Below are positions 24,927 through 41,422 of a DNA stretch of 64,000 bases, in pieces. The stretch lies in the UHGV virus genome UHGV-0240527; one strand, written 5' to 3'. Each line of letters begins with the position of its first letter. Positions within the stretch are counted from its first letter, which is position 1. The notes below the pieces were generated by a model. That model was not told where the DNA came from. It saw nothing but the letters and a program-made list of their open reading frames with translations, and did not search any database. The DNA comes from a virus. A program made the translations under genes and the position numbers.

Positions 24927-26393
24927 ATGGCAGATATTACAGAAACACAAGAAAGCTTACCACCATTTAGAATGGGTGAAGTAGGTTCTTTGGGTCTGAA
25001 GGTTAAGAATGGAAGAATCTATGAAGAACCTCGTCAGGCACTAAGGTTCCCTGAAAGTATTAAAACTTTCCAATTAATGATGCGTGACCCTGCTGTAGCA
25101 GCATCTGTAAATATTATTAAGATGTTTGTCAGAAAAGTCAACTGGAGATTCGTACCTCCAAAGGGAAAAGAGCAAGACCCTAAAATGCTTGAAAGAGCAG
25201 ACTTCTTTAATTCTTTAATGGATGACATGGAGCATGATTGGGCAGATTTTATTAATTCTGTAATGTCATTCTGCACTTATGGGTTCTGTGTTAACGAGAA
25301 AGTTTATAAGAAGCGTCAGGGTAAAAAAGGAAAGTACCAGTCTAAATTTGATGATGGTCTAATTGGATGGGCTAAATTACCAATCAGAAACCAATCAACA
25401 CTTGATAAGTGGTATTTTGACGAAGACTTTAGAAAAGTTACAGGTGTTAGGCAGAATCTGAGAAATGTTTCACATATTGCTGGAGCAATTAATCTCGGAG
25501 AAAGACCACTAACAAGAAAACTTCCACGAGCTAAATTCATGCTGTTCAAGTATGACGATGAATATGGAAATCCAGAAGGTCGTTCACCATTACTTAATGC
25601 TTATGTACCGTGGAAGTATAAAGTACAGATTGAAGAGTATGAAGCTGTTGGTGTTTCAAGAGACTTGGTAGGTATGCCAAAGATTGGTTTACCACCAGAT
25701 TATCTGGATGAAAATGCAGAACCTGAAAAGAAAGCTTTCGTACAATACTGCAAAACTGTTGTCAACGATATGATTGCTAATGACAGAGCAGGTTTAATCT
25801 GGCCTAGATATATCGACCCAGATACTAAAGAGGATATTTTCGAGTTCTCATTAGTTTCTAGACAGGGTGCTAAAGCATACGATACAGGTTCTATTATTGA
25901 CAGATATTCCAAGCAGATTATGATGGCATTTATGTCAGATGTTCTTGCTATGGGTCAGTCAAAATACGGTTCATTCTCTCTTGCAGATTCTAAGACAAGC
26001 TTATTAGCGATGTCAGTAGATATTCTGCTGAAGCAAATTAAGAACGTAATTAACCGTGACTTAGTTGCACAGACTTATGCTCTTAATATGTGGGACGATG
26101 AAGAACATGTACAAATTACATATGATGATATCGAAACTCCAGACCTTGAAGCAATTGGTTCTTATATCCAGAAGACTGTTGCAGTAGGTGCTTTGGAAGT
26201 TGACAAAGAGCTATCTAACAAGCTTAGAGAGCATATTGGTCTTCCTCCTGCTGATGAGTCTCAGCCAGTATCTGAAAAGCTTTCTCCAAATAGTCAAAGC
26301 CGTTCAGGAGATGGTTATAAGACCGCTGGAGAAGGTACTGCAAAGACACCTTCAGCGAAAGACCCAAGCACAGCAAATAAGGCAAATAAATAA
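24927..26393 (+). CDS. portal protein
   Basis: about 490-aa protein immediately downstream of terminase large subunit (conserved gene order); start moved to ATG with AGGTGA RBS. Confidence 0.65.
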   Translation: MADITETQESLPPFRMGEVGSLGLKVKNGRIYEEPRQALRFPESIKTFQLMMRDPAVAASVNIIKMFVRKVNWRFVPPKGKEQDPKMLERADFFNSLMDDMEHDWADFINSVMSFCTYGFCVNEKVYKKRQGKKGKYQSKFDDGLIGWAKLPIRNQSTLDKWYFDEDFRKVTGVRQNLRNVSHIAGAINLGERPLTRKLPRAKFMLFKYDDEYGNPEGRSPLLNAYVPWKYKVQIEEYEAVGVSRDLVGMPKIGLPPDYLDENAEPEKKAFVQYCKTVVNDMIANDRAGLIWPRYIDPDTKEDIFEFSLVSRQGAKAYDTGSIIDRYSKQIMMAFMSDVLAMGQSKYGSFSLADSKTSLLAMSVDILLKQIKNVINRDLVAQTYALNMWDDEEHVQITYDDIETPDLEAIGSYIQKTVAVGALEVDKELSNKLREHIGLPPADESQPVSEKLSPNSQSRSGDGYKTAGEGTAKTPSAKDPSTANKANK

Positions 26394-26893
26394 TGGCTGA
26401 AGTTATCTCTATTTCAAATGCTACACGAGTGCATTCGTATAGGGGTGTTCTTATTATCACTGACAAATTATCTGTAGAGGCTGGCTCAAGGGTCAGCCTT
26501 TCAGGTTATGTAAGTGATGGTGGAACCTCTGACGTTTTCACTATTTGCAGGTTACTTGATGCACCAATGAGTGGAAAACCGTTTATTTTAGGAAATTGTA
26601 GTGAAATTGTTAAAATTCCATTTGACAGTTCATGCCTTTTGGGTGTAAAGTTATATAACTGCGAGAATAAACGTATCAATGTTAATAGCATTGAAGCCGC
26701 TTTCATTACCCTCGACACTGCATTTCAATCTCCAATGACAGTTAATAAAGAAACAAACAGACTTGAGTACATTTTTTCACAAAATGATTACAAAGTACTT
26801 GTCAAAGGTAAAGTATATGATATGATTGTAAATGTGGTAGATGAATCTGGTAACCATTCAACAGTCCTTAAACAAAAAGTAAGGTTTAATTAA
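26393..26893 (+). CDS. hypothetical head-module protein
   Basis: ORF track; start overlaps upstream stop. Confidence 0.5.
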   Translation: MAEVISISNATRVHSYRGVLIITDKLSVEAGSRVSLSGYVSDGGTSDVFTICRLLDAPMSGKPFILGNCSEIVKIPFDSSCLLGVKLYNCENKRINVNSIEAAFITLDTAFQSPMTVNKETNRLEYIFSQNDYKVLVKGKVYDMIVNVVDESGNHSTVLKQKVRFN

Positions 26894-27225
26894 TGGGAAC
26901 ATTAACTATTGATGGTAAGAATAAAATCCTCGCCACGCTAACCCCAACGACTATTATTTTACACAATGTAGACCCAACGGCAGACCCTACAGCAAATAAG
27001 GTTACTCAGCCAGTGGCTATTTATTTTTCTGAACCGGATAATGGCTTAATTGCCTCAGAAGATACAGTTAATATTACTGTTCCAGCTTCTGCAACGGTCT
27101 CACACTATAGCTTGTGGGATGCTAACGATAAATGCGTGGCAACTGGTGCTCTTAGCAAACCTCAATTCTTTGCTGAAGAAGGTATCTATGTTATCTCTTC
27201 AGTCTCTGTAGATTTAAACAAATAG
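26893..27225 (+). CDS. hypothetical head-module protein
   Basis: ORF track. Confidence 0.5.
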   Translation: MGTLTIDGKNKILATLTPTTIILHNVDPTADPTANKVTQPVAIYFSEPDNGLIASEDTVNITVPASATVSHYSLWDANDKCVATGALSKPQFFAEEGIYVISSVSVDLNK

Positions 27226-27236
27226 GGTGAGTAAAA

Positions 27237-28583
27237 ATGAGTTCGAATATCTTCAGACTTGCTGATAGATTATTCAACCAACCTTTACTAGCCACTGAAT
27301 CATTAGCTCACTCAGCAGCAACTTATGTGAATAACAGATTGCTGGGTGATGTCCAAGCAGCAGTAAACTTTGATAAACCCAAAGGTGACGCAAGAAGTCT
27401 TTTAAAAGTAAAAGATGACATTGCTATTATCCCTATTATGGGTGGTTTAACTCATCGTATGACGTTCATTGATGCAATGTGTACAGGTGGATTAAGCTCT
27501 TATGAGGGTTTACGTAGAGGCTTTGACGAAGCTTTAGCAGATGAGTCAATCAAGACTATTGTTCTGCATATTGATTCTGGTGGTGGTGAAGCTTCAGGTT
27601 GCTTTGAATTAGCACGTCACATTATGGCTTCAAGAGGCCAAAAGAAAATTATTGCTTATGTAGATGAGTTCGCTTGTTCCGCTGCATACGCTCTTGCATC
27701 TTCTGCTGAAGAAATTATTGCATCACCAGATGCAGATGTTGGTTCTATTGGTGTAATCATGGTTCATCAGGAATTAACTAAGGCATTTGAAAAGAATGGC
27801 GTAACAATTAACGTTATCAAAGCTGGTGAGTTTAAAGGTATGGGTTCACCATTCCAAGCACTTTCAGAAGAAAGCAAAGAAAGACTTCAAAAGAGAATTA
27901 ATGATACCTACGCAACCTTTACAGGTTTTGTAGCTGAATCACGTAATATCTCTGAAGAAGCTGTAAAGAATACTGAGGCGAATGTTTATTCTGCTCAGGA
28001 AGCTCTTGAACTTGGTTTAATTAACTCAATCATGTCTCAAGATGATTTCTTAAATTACTTACAAGGTTCTGAAGAGGCTCCTGTAAGTTTAAACGTTAAC
28101 AATTCAGGTGAAGAAATGACTGAACAAGAAAAGCAAGAACTAGAGGCTTTGCGTCTTCAGGTTGCTCAAATGAAAGCCAAAGAACAGGAAGCTGCTTTGT
28201 CAGATTTGACTAATAAGATTTCTGCTTCTGCTGAAGCTTTTGGGTTTGATGCAAAAGAAGCTGCAACGACTATTTTAGGTGCTGGTCTTGACAACCCTCT
28301 GAGTGTTCTGTTTATGAATGCTATGGAAGGTGCTAACCAGAAACTTAATGAAACTATCGCGTCCCATGCTTCTGCAATGGAAGAAAAAGAATCAGAAATT
28401 ACCAAGCTGAAAGAAACTGCTGGTGCTGTTCTTGAACATTCCAACGCTATGGAAGAAGTGGGTAATGACGGCGAAGCTGATTTAGTTGAAGAAGAAAAAG
28501 AACCAGCTAAGAATGCTTCCGAAGACACCGCTGAACAACGCAAACTGGCTCTCCAGAATGCTCTAAAATCTCTTATCAAATAA
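27237..28583 (+). CDS. prohead protease (S49/ClpP-like) fused to C-terminal coiled-coil scaffold-like domain
   Basis: N-terminal 280 aa resemble SppA/ClpP-type serine peptidases (IAIIPIMGGL..., GxxSGGGE..., CSAAYALAS); C-terminal 150 aa is Ala/Glu/Lys-rich helical. Confidence 0.65.
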   Translation: MSSNIFRLADRLFNQPLLATESLAHSAATYVNNRLLGDVQAAVNFDKPKGDARSLLKVKDDIAIIPIMGGLTHRMTFIDAMCTGGLSSYEGLRRGFDEALADESIKTIVLHIDSGGGEASGCFELARHIMASRGQKKIIAYVDEFACSAAYALASSAEEIIASPDADVGSIGVIMVHQELTKAFEKNGVTINVIKAGEFKGMGSPFQALSEESKERLQKRINDTYATFTGFVAESRNISEEAVKNTEANVYSAQEALELGLINSIMSQDDFLNYLQGSEEAPVSLNVNNSGEEMTEQEKQELEALRLQVAQMKAKEQEAALSDLTNKISASAEAFGFDAKEAATTILGAGLDNPLSVLFMNAMEGANQKLNETIASHASAMEEKESEITKLKETAGAVLEHSNAMEEVGNDGEADLVEEEKEPAKNASEDTAEQRKLALQNALKSLIK

Positions 28584-28594
28584 GGAACACAATA

Positions 28595-28972
28595 ATGGCA
28601 TATCAAGGTTTTACTAAGTTAGGTAACAGAGAACCTCTGAATGATATCATTCTTTGGGAACAAATTACCCCAACAGGCCACTCTCGTAAAGAGTACACTC
28701 CAGTTGCTTCAACAGAATACCGTGTAGGTGAAGTTCTGAAAGCAGATGGTACTAAGGTACAAGCTGGAGAAGAAGCCCAAGCAGACTCTGTATGTATCGT
28801 TAATTTCTACGCAGACCTGCAACTGTCTTATCATGGTCAGTTAAAAGTGGTAGGTATCCACCGTGATGCAGAACTGAAAGACCTGCTTACTCTTGAAGCG
28901 AGCGTTGATGCTGCTGCCGTCAAGACAGCTCTGGCTGCTAAAGGTATTGATTTCGTACCAACTGGCCTGTAA
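28595..28972 (+). CDS. putative head decoration protein (lambda gpD-like position)
   Basis: 125-aa ORF between protease and major capsid gene; assignment by synteny only. Confidence 0.4.
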   Translation: MAYQGFTKLGNREPLNDIILWEQITPTGHSRKEYTPVASTEYRVGEVLKADGTKVQAGEEAQADSVCIVNFYADLQLSYHGQLKVVGIHRDAELKDLLTLEASVDAAAVKTALAAKGIDFVPTGL

Positions 28973-29005
28973 TAACAATAATAAGACATTCTGGAGAATT
29001 TTACA

Positions 29006-30112
29006 ATGTTGACTAATTCTGAAAAAAGCAGATTTTTCCTTGCTGACCTGACTGGTGAAGTCCAGTCTATCCCAAATACTTATGGGTATATTTCCAACTT
29101 AGGTCTGTTCCGTTCAGCACCAATCACCCAAACTACTTTCCTTATGGACTTGACTGATTGGGATGTTAGCTTGCTTGATGCGGTAGACCGCGATAGCCGT
29201 AAAGCAGAGACTAGCGCACCTGAGCGTGTTCGTCAAATCAGCTTCCCAATGATGTACTTCAAAGAAGTTGAAAGCATTACTCCTGATGAGATTCAGGGTG
29301 TACGTCAGCCAGGAACTGCAAACGAACTGACTACTGAAGCTGTAGTACGTGCTAAGAAGCTGATGAAGATTCGTACCAAGTTCGATATTACTCGTGAGTT
29401 CCTGTTTATGCAAGCTCTGAAGGGTAAAGTTGTTGATGCTCGTGGTACTCTGTATGCTGACCTGTACAAGCAGTTCGACGTTGAGAAGAAGACTGTTTAC
29501 TTCGACCTTGACAACCCTAATGCTGACATTGACGCTGCTATTGAAGAACTGCGTATGCACATGGAAGACGAAGCTAAGACTGGCACTGTAATCAACGGTG
29601 AAGAAATTCACGTAGTTGTTGACCGCTTATTCTTCAGCAAACTGGTTAAACACCCTAAGATTCGTGACGCTTATCTTGCACAGCAGACTCCGCTGGCTTG
29701 GCAACAGATTACTGGTTCTCTGAGAACTGGTGGTACTGACGGCGTTCAGGCTCACATGAACACTTTCTACTACGGTGGTGTTAAGTTTGTCCAGTACAAC
29801 GGTAAGTTCAAAGACAAGCGTGGTAAGGTTCACACTCTGGTGAGCATTGATAGTGTAGCAGCAACTGTTGGTGTAGGTCATGCTTTCCCTAACGTTTCTA
29901 TGCTTGGTGAAGCTAACAACATCTTCGAAGTGGCATATGGTCCATGCCCTAAGATGGGTTATGCAAATACACTTGGTCAGGAACTGTACGTATTCGAATA
30001 CGAAAAAGACCGTGACGAAGGTATTGACTTTGAAGCTCACTCTTACATGCTGCCATACTGCACACGTCCTCAGTTGCTGGTAGACGTTCGTTCTGACGCT
30101 AAACCAGACTAA
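29006..30112 (+). CDS. major capsid protein (lambda gpE-like)
   Basis: 368-aa ORF with strong GGAG RBS in the canonical position after protease/decoration genes; family assignment by size and synteny, no search. Confidence 0.6.
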   Translation: MLTNSEKSRFFLADLTGEVQSIPNTYGYISNLGLFRSAPITQTTFLMDLTDWDVSLLDAVDRDSRKAETSAPERVRQISFPMMYFKEVESITPDEIQGVRQPGTANELTTEAVVRAKKLMKIRTKFDITREFLFMQALKGKVVDARGTLYADLYKQFDVEKKTVYFDLDNPNADIDAAIEELRMHMEDEAKTGTVINGEEIHVVVDRLFFSKLVKHPKIRDAYLAQQTPLAWQQITGSLRTGGTDGVQAHMNTFYYGGVKFVQYNGKFKDKRGKVHTLVSIDSVAATVGVGHAFPNVSMLGEANNIFEVAYGPCPKMGYANTLGQELYVFEYEKDRDEGIDFEAHSYMLPYCTRPQLLVDVRSDAKPD

Positions 30113-30133
30113 TATTCTTAAGGAGGGTTATGA

Positions 30134-30583
30134 ATGTGCTATACAGGCGACCCAGCCAATAACCCTCTTGATAGAGTAAGAATCCTCTGCACAGACACCA
30201 ATAATGATGAAATTCTTATTGAGCAGTCTGTGCTAGAGTGGTTCTATCTAGAATCTGGAAAGGATGAAAAGAAAGCAGCCATCAAAGCTCTTAAATATTT
30301 ACTCTTTCAAGTAGCCAAGATGGGAGATGAGAAGGTTGGTGGTGTTTATTTACGTAACTCTTCCAGATTCAAATCTCTGAAAGCTGTTTATGACGACCTT
30401 GTTAAAAGCTCTGTTTCAGGACTACCCTATGCAGGTGGTATTAATCAGTGCGACATTGATATGCGTCGTCAAAATCCTTGCTCTGTCAAGAAATACACAG
30501 AATATGGTGATGCTGCCAGATACGAAGGCAGAGATTACTGCAACCGTGTTAATGGCGTATTTATTATCGAGCGAGATGAATAA
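30134..30583 (+). CDS. hypothetical head-tail connector/completion protein
   Basis: ORF track; position between capsid and tail genes. Confidence 0.45.
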   Translation: MCYTGDPANNPLDRVRILCTDTNNDEILIEQSVLEWFYLESGKDEKKAAIKALKYLLFQVAKMGDEKVGGVYLRNSSRFKSLKAVYDDLVKSSVSGLPYAGGINQCDIDMRRQNPCSVKKYTEYGDAARYEGRDYCNRVNGVFIIERDE

Positions 30584-31065
30584 TGGTTAAAAGGGTTATT
30601 CACCCCGCTAGAGCAAAATTAGTCGGGGCTATGAAGAACTTGCAAACGGCTAATGCTCAAGTTGGGTATTTTCAAGAACAAGGTCAACATAGCTCTGGTT
30701 TTTCTTATCCTGCTTTAATGTATTTACAAGAAGTTATTGGGGTTCCTTCAGCTTCTGGTAAAGTATATCGTAGGTTGTTTGAAATCACTATGATGCTAAA
30801 CAGACAGACCTTGTTAGAGCAGACTAAGAAGAATCTCTATAAGCAACTTAGCAGTCTCAACACAGACCCTTCAAATACTTTAGAAGCATTTGCAAAGAAT
30901 GCTCAGAAGGCAATTAAAAGGGGTTTTGGTAATTCTGCTATCCTCCCTCCTAACGCACCTTCCACAGTCAAGAAAAAAGGCTTTAACGCACCTCTTGTTG
31001 AGACAGGTGACTTAAGAGATAACCTTGCTTATAAAATTTCTACTAAGAAGGGTATTAAGAAATGA
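30583..31065 (+). CDS. hypothetical head-tail joining protein
   Basis: ORF track; overlapping start/stop. Confidence 0.45.
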   Translation: MVKRVIHPARAKLVGAMKNLQTANAQVGYFQEQGQHSSGFSYPALMYLQEVIGVPSASGKVYRRLFEITMMLNRQTLLEQTKKNLYKQLSSLNTDPSNTLEAFAKNAQKAIKRGFGNSAILPPNAPSTVKKKGFNAPLVETGDLRDNLAYKISTKKGIKK

Positions 31066-31463
31066 GACTCTTAAACAGACACAGCTTTGTAGTAAAGCGT
31101 AAAGTCTCTGAAGACGGTTATTACAATGATGATGGTGATTGGGTAGCTTCACAAGATATTGTAGAGGTTAACTGCAAAGGTAATATCCAGCCATATATCA
31201 AAGGTTCTGTAAAGAACGGTACACAGATTGCTTTACCGGAAGGTATCAGGCTTACCGATACAAGAATCCTGTATACTACATATAAACTTAGAACTTCAGA
31301 TGATGTAGAGTGGAATGAGTCTGACATTGTTATGATTGATGGTCATGAGTATGAAGTATTTATGACTATGGATTGGTCACAGCAATTAGCCCATACATCC
31401 CATTATGAATATATCATTATTAGAAGGGATAAAATGAATGCAGTTAGAAACAGCAGAACTTGA
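31062..31463 (+). CDS. hypothetical head-tail joining protein
   Basis: ORF track; overlapping start/stop. Confidence 0.45.
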   Translation: MRLLNRHSFVVKRKVSEDGYYNDDGDWVASQDIVEVNCKGNIQPYIKGSVKNGTQIALPEGIRLTDTRILYTTYKLRTSDDVEWNESDIVMIDGHEYEVFMTMDWSQQLAHTSHYEYIIIRRDKMNAVRNSRT

Positions 31464-32037
31464 AAAAGGTCTAGTTAGAACCTTAGTGGATGTTATTGGT
31501 CACAGACTAGCTCGTGATAAAAATAATAGACCAAATGTAATTAGAGCTTACCCTTCTGATAACTCAAATGACAAAGGTTTAAAACCTGACCAGCCATTTA
31601 TTACCGTATATTGTCAAGATGCTGCAACACCTTATGGTTGGGTTCTTGATAAGTTTGTTGAGGATGATGTAGTTTGCTACAGAATTGCTTTTCAGATTCC
31701 AGTATTAATTACGGTAAATGGTAAAGGTGCTCACAGTATTATGCTTGAGCTTAAACAACGATTAGAGATGAGTTCAGTCAGAGATTTAATTCTTGAAGAG
31801 ACAGGAGCTACAGTTTTAGACACTGGAGCTATCCCGAATGACTATACCTATCTCAATACAGATTTCGAAAATTCTGCGCCTCTTGTTGTAACTCTTGTAA
31901 AAAATTCAGTCCTGAAAGATGAACGTGGGGGAATTATTGAACGTGTCATTGTTGATGGTGAATTAGTTTACGAAGAAGGACAAGAGCCACCAGAATATAC
32001 TATCCATCTAGATGTAGACTCCAAAGGGGTAAAATAA
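31438..32037 (+). CDS. hypothetical tail completion protein
   Basis: ORF track. Confidence 0.45.
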   Translation: MQLETAELEKGLVRTLVDVIGHRLARDKNNRPNVIRAYPSDNSNDKGLKPDQPFITVYCQDAATPYGWVLDKFVEDDVVCYRIAFQIPVLITVNGKGAHSIMLELKQRLEMSSVRDLILEETGATVLDTGAIPNDYTYLNTDFENSAPLVVTLVKNSVLKDERGGIIERVIVDGELVYEEGQEPPEYTIHLDVDSKGVK

Positions 32038-33390
32038 ATGTGGAATCCAATTGTTAATGTAGATATTACATTGAACACCGCAGGAACTACAAGAGAAGGT
32101 TTTGGGCTACCACTATTTTTAGCTTCAACAGATAACTTTGAAGAAAGAGTCCGTGGTTACACTTCCTTAACTGAAGTTGCTGAAGATTTCGATGAAAACT
32201 CTGCTGCATATAAGGCTGCTAAACAACTTTGGAGTCAGACTCCTAAAGTAACTCAGCTTTATATTGGTAGACGTGCTATGCAGTACACTGTATCAATTCC
32301 TGATGAGGTTACTGAGAGCACCGACTATTCTTTAACTGTAGCTGTGAGCGGTGGAGTTTCTCAGCCATTCCAGTACACTTCACAGTCAGAAGATACTGCT
32401 GAGAAGGTGCTACAGCAGCTTAAAACTCAGATTGAAGCAGAGCCTTCTGTAAAAGACCTTGTTACCGTCAATGTAACTGGTGCTGGTGGTTCAGCAACAA
32501 TGGTAATCACCAAAGCGGGTGACAATGACTTCGTGAAGGTTACCACTACAGCACAAACAGTGTCAATTGCAAGTACAACTGCTGACACAGCATCGACTGC
32601 TCTGGCAGCTATTGAGGCTTATTCAACTGACTGGTATTTCATTGCAGCAGAAGATAGAACTCAACAGTTTGTCTTAGCAATGGCTTCTGAGATTCAAGCT
32701 CGTAAGAAGATTTTCTTTACAGCTAACTCTGATGTAACAGCCCTACAAGGTACAGAATTAGCCAGTGCAAATGATGTTCCAGCACAGCTTGCTAAGAGTC
32801 AGTACACTCGTACCGTTTGCTTGTGGCATCACACAGCAGCAGAAGACTATCCAGAGATGGCATACATTGCTTATGGCGCTCCGTATGATGCAGGTTCAAT
32901 TGCTTGGGGTAACGCACAGTTAACTGGCGTAGCTGCTTCTCTACAGCCATCTAATCAGAGACCTCTGACAAGTATTCAGAAGTCAGCTTTAGATGCACGT
33001 CACTGTAACTTTATTGACCTTGATGGTGGTGTTCCAGTGGTTCGTAGAGGGATTACTTCTGGTGGGGAATGGATTGATATCGTCCGTGGTGTTGACTGGT
33101 TAGAATCAGACCTGAAAACTTCTCTGAGAGACTTGCTAATTAACCAGAAGGGTGGTAAGATTACTTATGATGATACTGGTATTACCCGTATTCGTCAAGT
33201 CATTGAAACCTCTCTGCAAAGAGCAGTCAACAGAAACTTCCTGTCATCTTACACAGTTAATGTTCCTAAAGCCTCTCAAGTTGCTTTGGCAGACAAGAAA
33301 GCTCGTATCCTGAAAGACGTTACCTTCTCAGGTATCTTAGCAGGGGCTATCTTGGATGTTGACTTGAAAGGTACAGTGGCTTACGAATAA
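32038..33390 (+). CDS. putative tail sheath protein
   Basis: 450-aa ORF followed by 148-aa ORF, two small ORFs and the tape measure gene (sheath-tube-chaperone-TMP order of contractile tails); by synteny only. Confidence 0.45.
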   Translation: MWNPIVNVDITLNTAGTTREGFGLPLFLASTDNFEERVRGYTSLTEVAEDFDENSAAYKAAKQLWSQTPKVTQLYIGRRAMQYTVSIPDEVTESTDYSLTVAVSGGVSQPFQYTSQSEDTAEKVLQQLKTQIEAEPSVKDLVTVNVTGAGGSATMVITKAGDNDFVKVTTTAQTVSIASTTADTASTALAAIEAYSTDWYFIAAEDRTQQFVLAMASEIQARKKIFFTANSDVTALQGTELASANDVPAQLAKSQYTRTVCLWHHTAAEDYPEMAYIAYGAPYDAGSIAWGNAQLTGVAASLQPSNQRPLTSIQKSALDARHCNFIDLDGGVPVVRRGITSGGEWIDIVRGVDWLESDLKTSLRDLLINQKGGKITYDDTGITRIRQVIETSLQRAVNRNFLSSYTVNVPKASQVALADKKARILKDVTFSGILAGAILDVDLKGTVAYE

Positions 33391-33405
33391 TAGAGGTAAA
33401 TTGGA

Positions 33406-33852
33406 ATGGCTATGTATCAGCAATATTCCCCTAAAGACGTTGTGTGTAGCTGGAATGGTATTGCCATTGAAGGCTTTGCCCCAGACTCATTCTTACGTCT
33501 ACAGAGAACATCACCACTTGTGACACCAGTTGTAGGTGCAGGTGGTCAAGTTGCTCTGACAAGAAATGCAGACAAGACAGGTACTATTGAGATTGAGCTA
33601 ATGCAGACTTCTCTCTCTAACCAGATGCTTTCTGCAATTCAAGCTAAACAAGACAATATGGAACTTGAAGAAGATATCTCTTCTAACTTCGTAATCTACG
33701 ACCCATCAGGCTCTGTTCTGGCAACTGGTATTAATGCTTGGTTGCAGGAATTACCGCAGATTGAACTTGGTCGTGACCAGAACTCTAAAACTTGGATTTT
33801 TGGTTGTGAGAAGCTAGACTACACTTCTACAATTCCAGCGTCAAGTGTTTAA
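33406..33852 (+). CDS. putative tail tube protein
   Basis: size and position between putative sheath and chaperone genes. Confidence 0.45.
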   Translation: MAMYQQYSPKDVVCSWNGIAIEGFAPDSFLRLQRTSPLVTPVVGAGGQVALTRNADKTGTIEIELMQTSLSNQMLSAIQAKQDNMELEEDISSNFVIYDPSGSVLATGINAWLQELPQIELGRDQNSKTWIFGCEKLDYTSTIPASSV

Positions 33853-33925
33853 TAAATCCTATAAGGGGGAGACTTTAAAAGGTCTTCCCCTTTTTTGTTT
33901 CTTTTAAAAGTATTAAGGAATCACA

Positions 33926-34324
33926 ATGAAAACAGAATCTAGAGTAATTAATGGTAAGAAAGTAAATATCGTTCTGCTTGGGGCAAGAGATGGTATTAAG
34001 ATGTCTATGAAGTTGGGTAAAATTGTTGTTCCAACCTTTGCACAGATGCTGTCAAGTCTGACTGATAAAGACAAGAAAGAAGCTCCAATGGTTCCATTTA
34101 AAGAACTTGTTGAAGCTTGTTTTGACAGAATTGAAGAAATTAACCTTGAAGAAATGGCTACATTACTATTTCAAGGGGCAACTGTCGATGACTTCCCACT
34201 TAATATTGATACGTACTTCCAAGCAAACTACGGTGAGTTTATTGATTACTTAGCATTTGCGCTGGAGGCAAACTTCGGAAGTTTTTTCGAAGCAAGCATT
34301 TTCAAAAGCCTAACTTCTCAGTAA
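33926..34324 (+). CDS. putative tail assembly chaperone
   Basis: small acidic ORF immediately upstream of tape measure gene. Confidence 0.45.
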   Translation: MKTESRVINGKKVNIVLLGARDGIKMSMKLGKIVVPTFAQMLSSLTDKDKKEAPMVPFKELVEACFDRIEEINLEEMATLLFQGATVDDFPLNIDTYFQANYGEFIDYLAFALEANFGSFFEASIFKSLTSQ

Positions 34325-34326
34325 AC

Positions 34327-34565
34327 ATGGGTAACACTCTACAGACACCACTAACTGATGCTGCTGTAGAGGCAACCTATGAAGAAGCAGACGAGATGAA
34401 ATTTGTGCTTGCTATTTATGGTATGGAAGGGTGTAAAGAAACACTTGACCAACTCTTTGCTATGACATTCTCTGATTTATTATCATTGAGACAATTTCTT
34501 GAGATTCAGAGGTCGTATAAAGAGGAAATTGCTTACAACGAACTTAGAAGAGCAGGAAAAATGTA

Positions 34566-34566
<1 letters not shown>
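34327..34566 (+). CDS. putative tail assembly chaperone (second ORF)
   Basis: 79-aa ORF in a different frame directly before the tape measure gene. Confidence 0.4.
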
Positions 34567-39950
<5,384 letters not shown>

Positions 39951-39951
<1 letters not shown>

Positions 39952-41420
39952 TGGCAGGATTAACTACAACCGGATTACAAACTCTAAGATATCAGGAAAT
40001 TTTTGATAATATCAAATCAAGACTTCTTAGAGATATTTCACCCAACCTTGACGTTTCTGAAGATAGCCAATTAGGACTCTTCCTAGCTTCAATTGCAAGG
40101 TCTTTAGCAGATACTCATGAGATTCTATCAGAAATCTACGATGGGGGTACAATTGATAAGGCTGAAGGCTTTAACCTTGATGATATTACAGCTTTAAATG
40201 CGGTATACAGATATGTTGCTCAGGCAACAAGAGGTCAAGTTGAGTTTACTGGAACGACTGGTGCTACCATTCCTTCAACAACAAGATTAAGAAGTACTGC
40301 CGGAAACATCTTTTATCCAGTTAATAACATTACCCTTACTCCATCATATTGTGTTGAAGCTATCCTTGAAGTTAACTCTTTACGAACTGATGCAGATTAT
40401 GTTATTATTATTGATAACGTCATTTTCTCATATAAACCAACCTCATTAGACACAATCACCACGCTGCTAACAAAATTAGCAGAAGCTATTAATGGTGGTA
40501 TTGTAGCAAAAGCAGAAGTCATTAATGATGGAGCCGCACTAAGAGTCTATAAAGACGAGGGTGATATCATTGCAAGAACAAACCCTATGGTTGTCACTGC
40601 AACAACGTTTCTAACCTTTACAAAAATTACAACTATTTCAGATGTAGTAGCTGAAGAGGTTGGTGCTACACCTGCTTTGGCTGGTACGCTTATTGAGATT
40701 GAGACAACTGTTGATGGTCTTGACAGTATTTATAACAGGTATGACTTAACAACTGGTAGAAACGAAGAAACTGACACAGAACTTAGACAGAGATATTTAG
40801 AATCTTTAGCAGTTACTGGTGTAGGGACTTTGGATGCAATTGTAGCTGCTGTTAAAAGAGTTCAAGGTGTCTCAGATGCTTCAGGTGTTGAGAATGATAC
40901 TGAAGAGACAAGCTCAGAAGGTCTTCCACCAAAATCTTTTAAGATTGTTGTAGTTGGTGGTCAAAATGATAATGTTGCTCAAGCAATCTGGGATACAAAA
41001 CCTGCTGGTATTAGGGCTTATGGCTCAATTTTTGGTACAGCCCATGATTTAGGTGGTTTGGCACATAATATTTATTTTAGCAGACCAACACCAAAATACG
41101 CATTTGTTAAAGTCTCTTACTCTTTATATGATGAAGAAAGCTTGACAATCCCTGAAGAGGATATCAGAGACAGTATTGTACAAGGTATTAATGCTTATGG
41201 GAGAACTCTTAAGGTTGGTAATGATGTTATCCCTAACAGAATCTATGGATATATCTATGACGTAATTAAAGGTATTGAGATTAATGAGGTTAAAGTAGCC
41301 TTATCAAACAGCCAATCAGTTCCACCTAGTGACGGGCAGTATACTACAGCAAGAATTACTGTTGACGGTGACCAATATACTGTTTGGGAAAGCAGCCAGT
41401 ATACCATCACTAAGGAGTAA
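39951..41420 (+). CDS. putative baseplate wedge protein (gpJ-like position)
   Basis: 489-aa ORF in baseplate cluster; synteny only. Confidence 0.4.
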
Positions 41421-41422
41421 TA

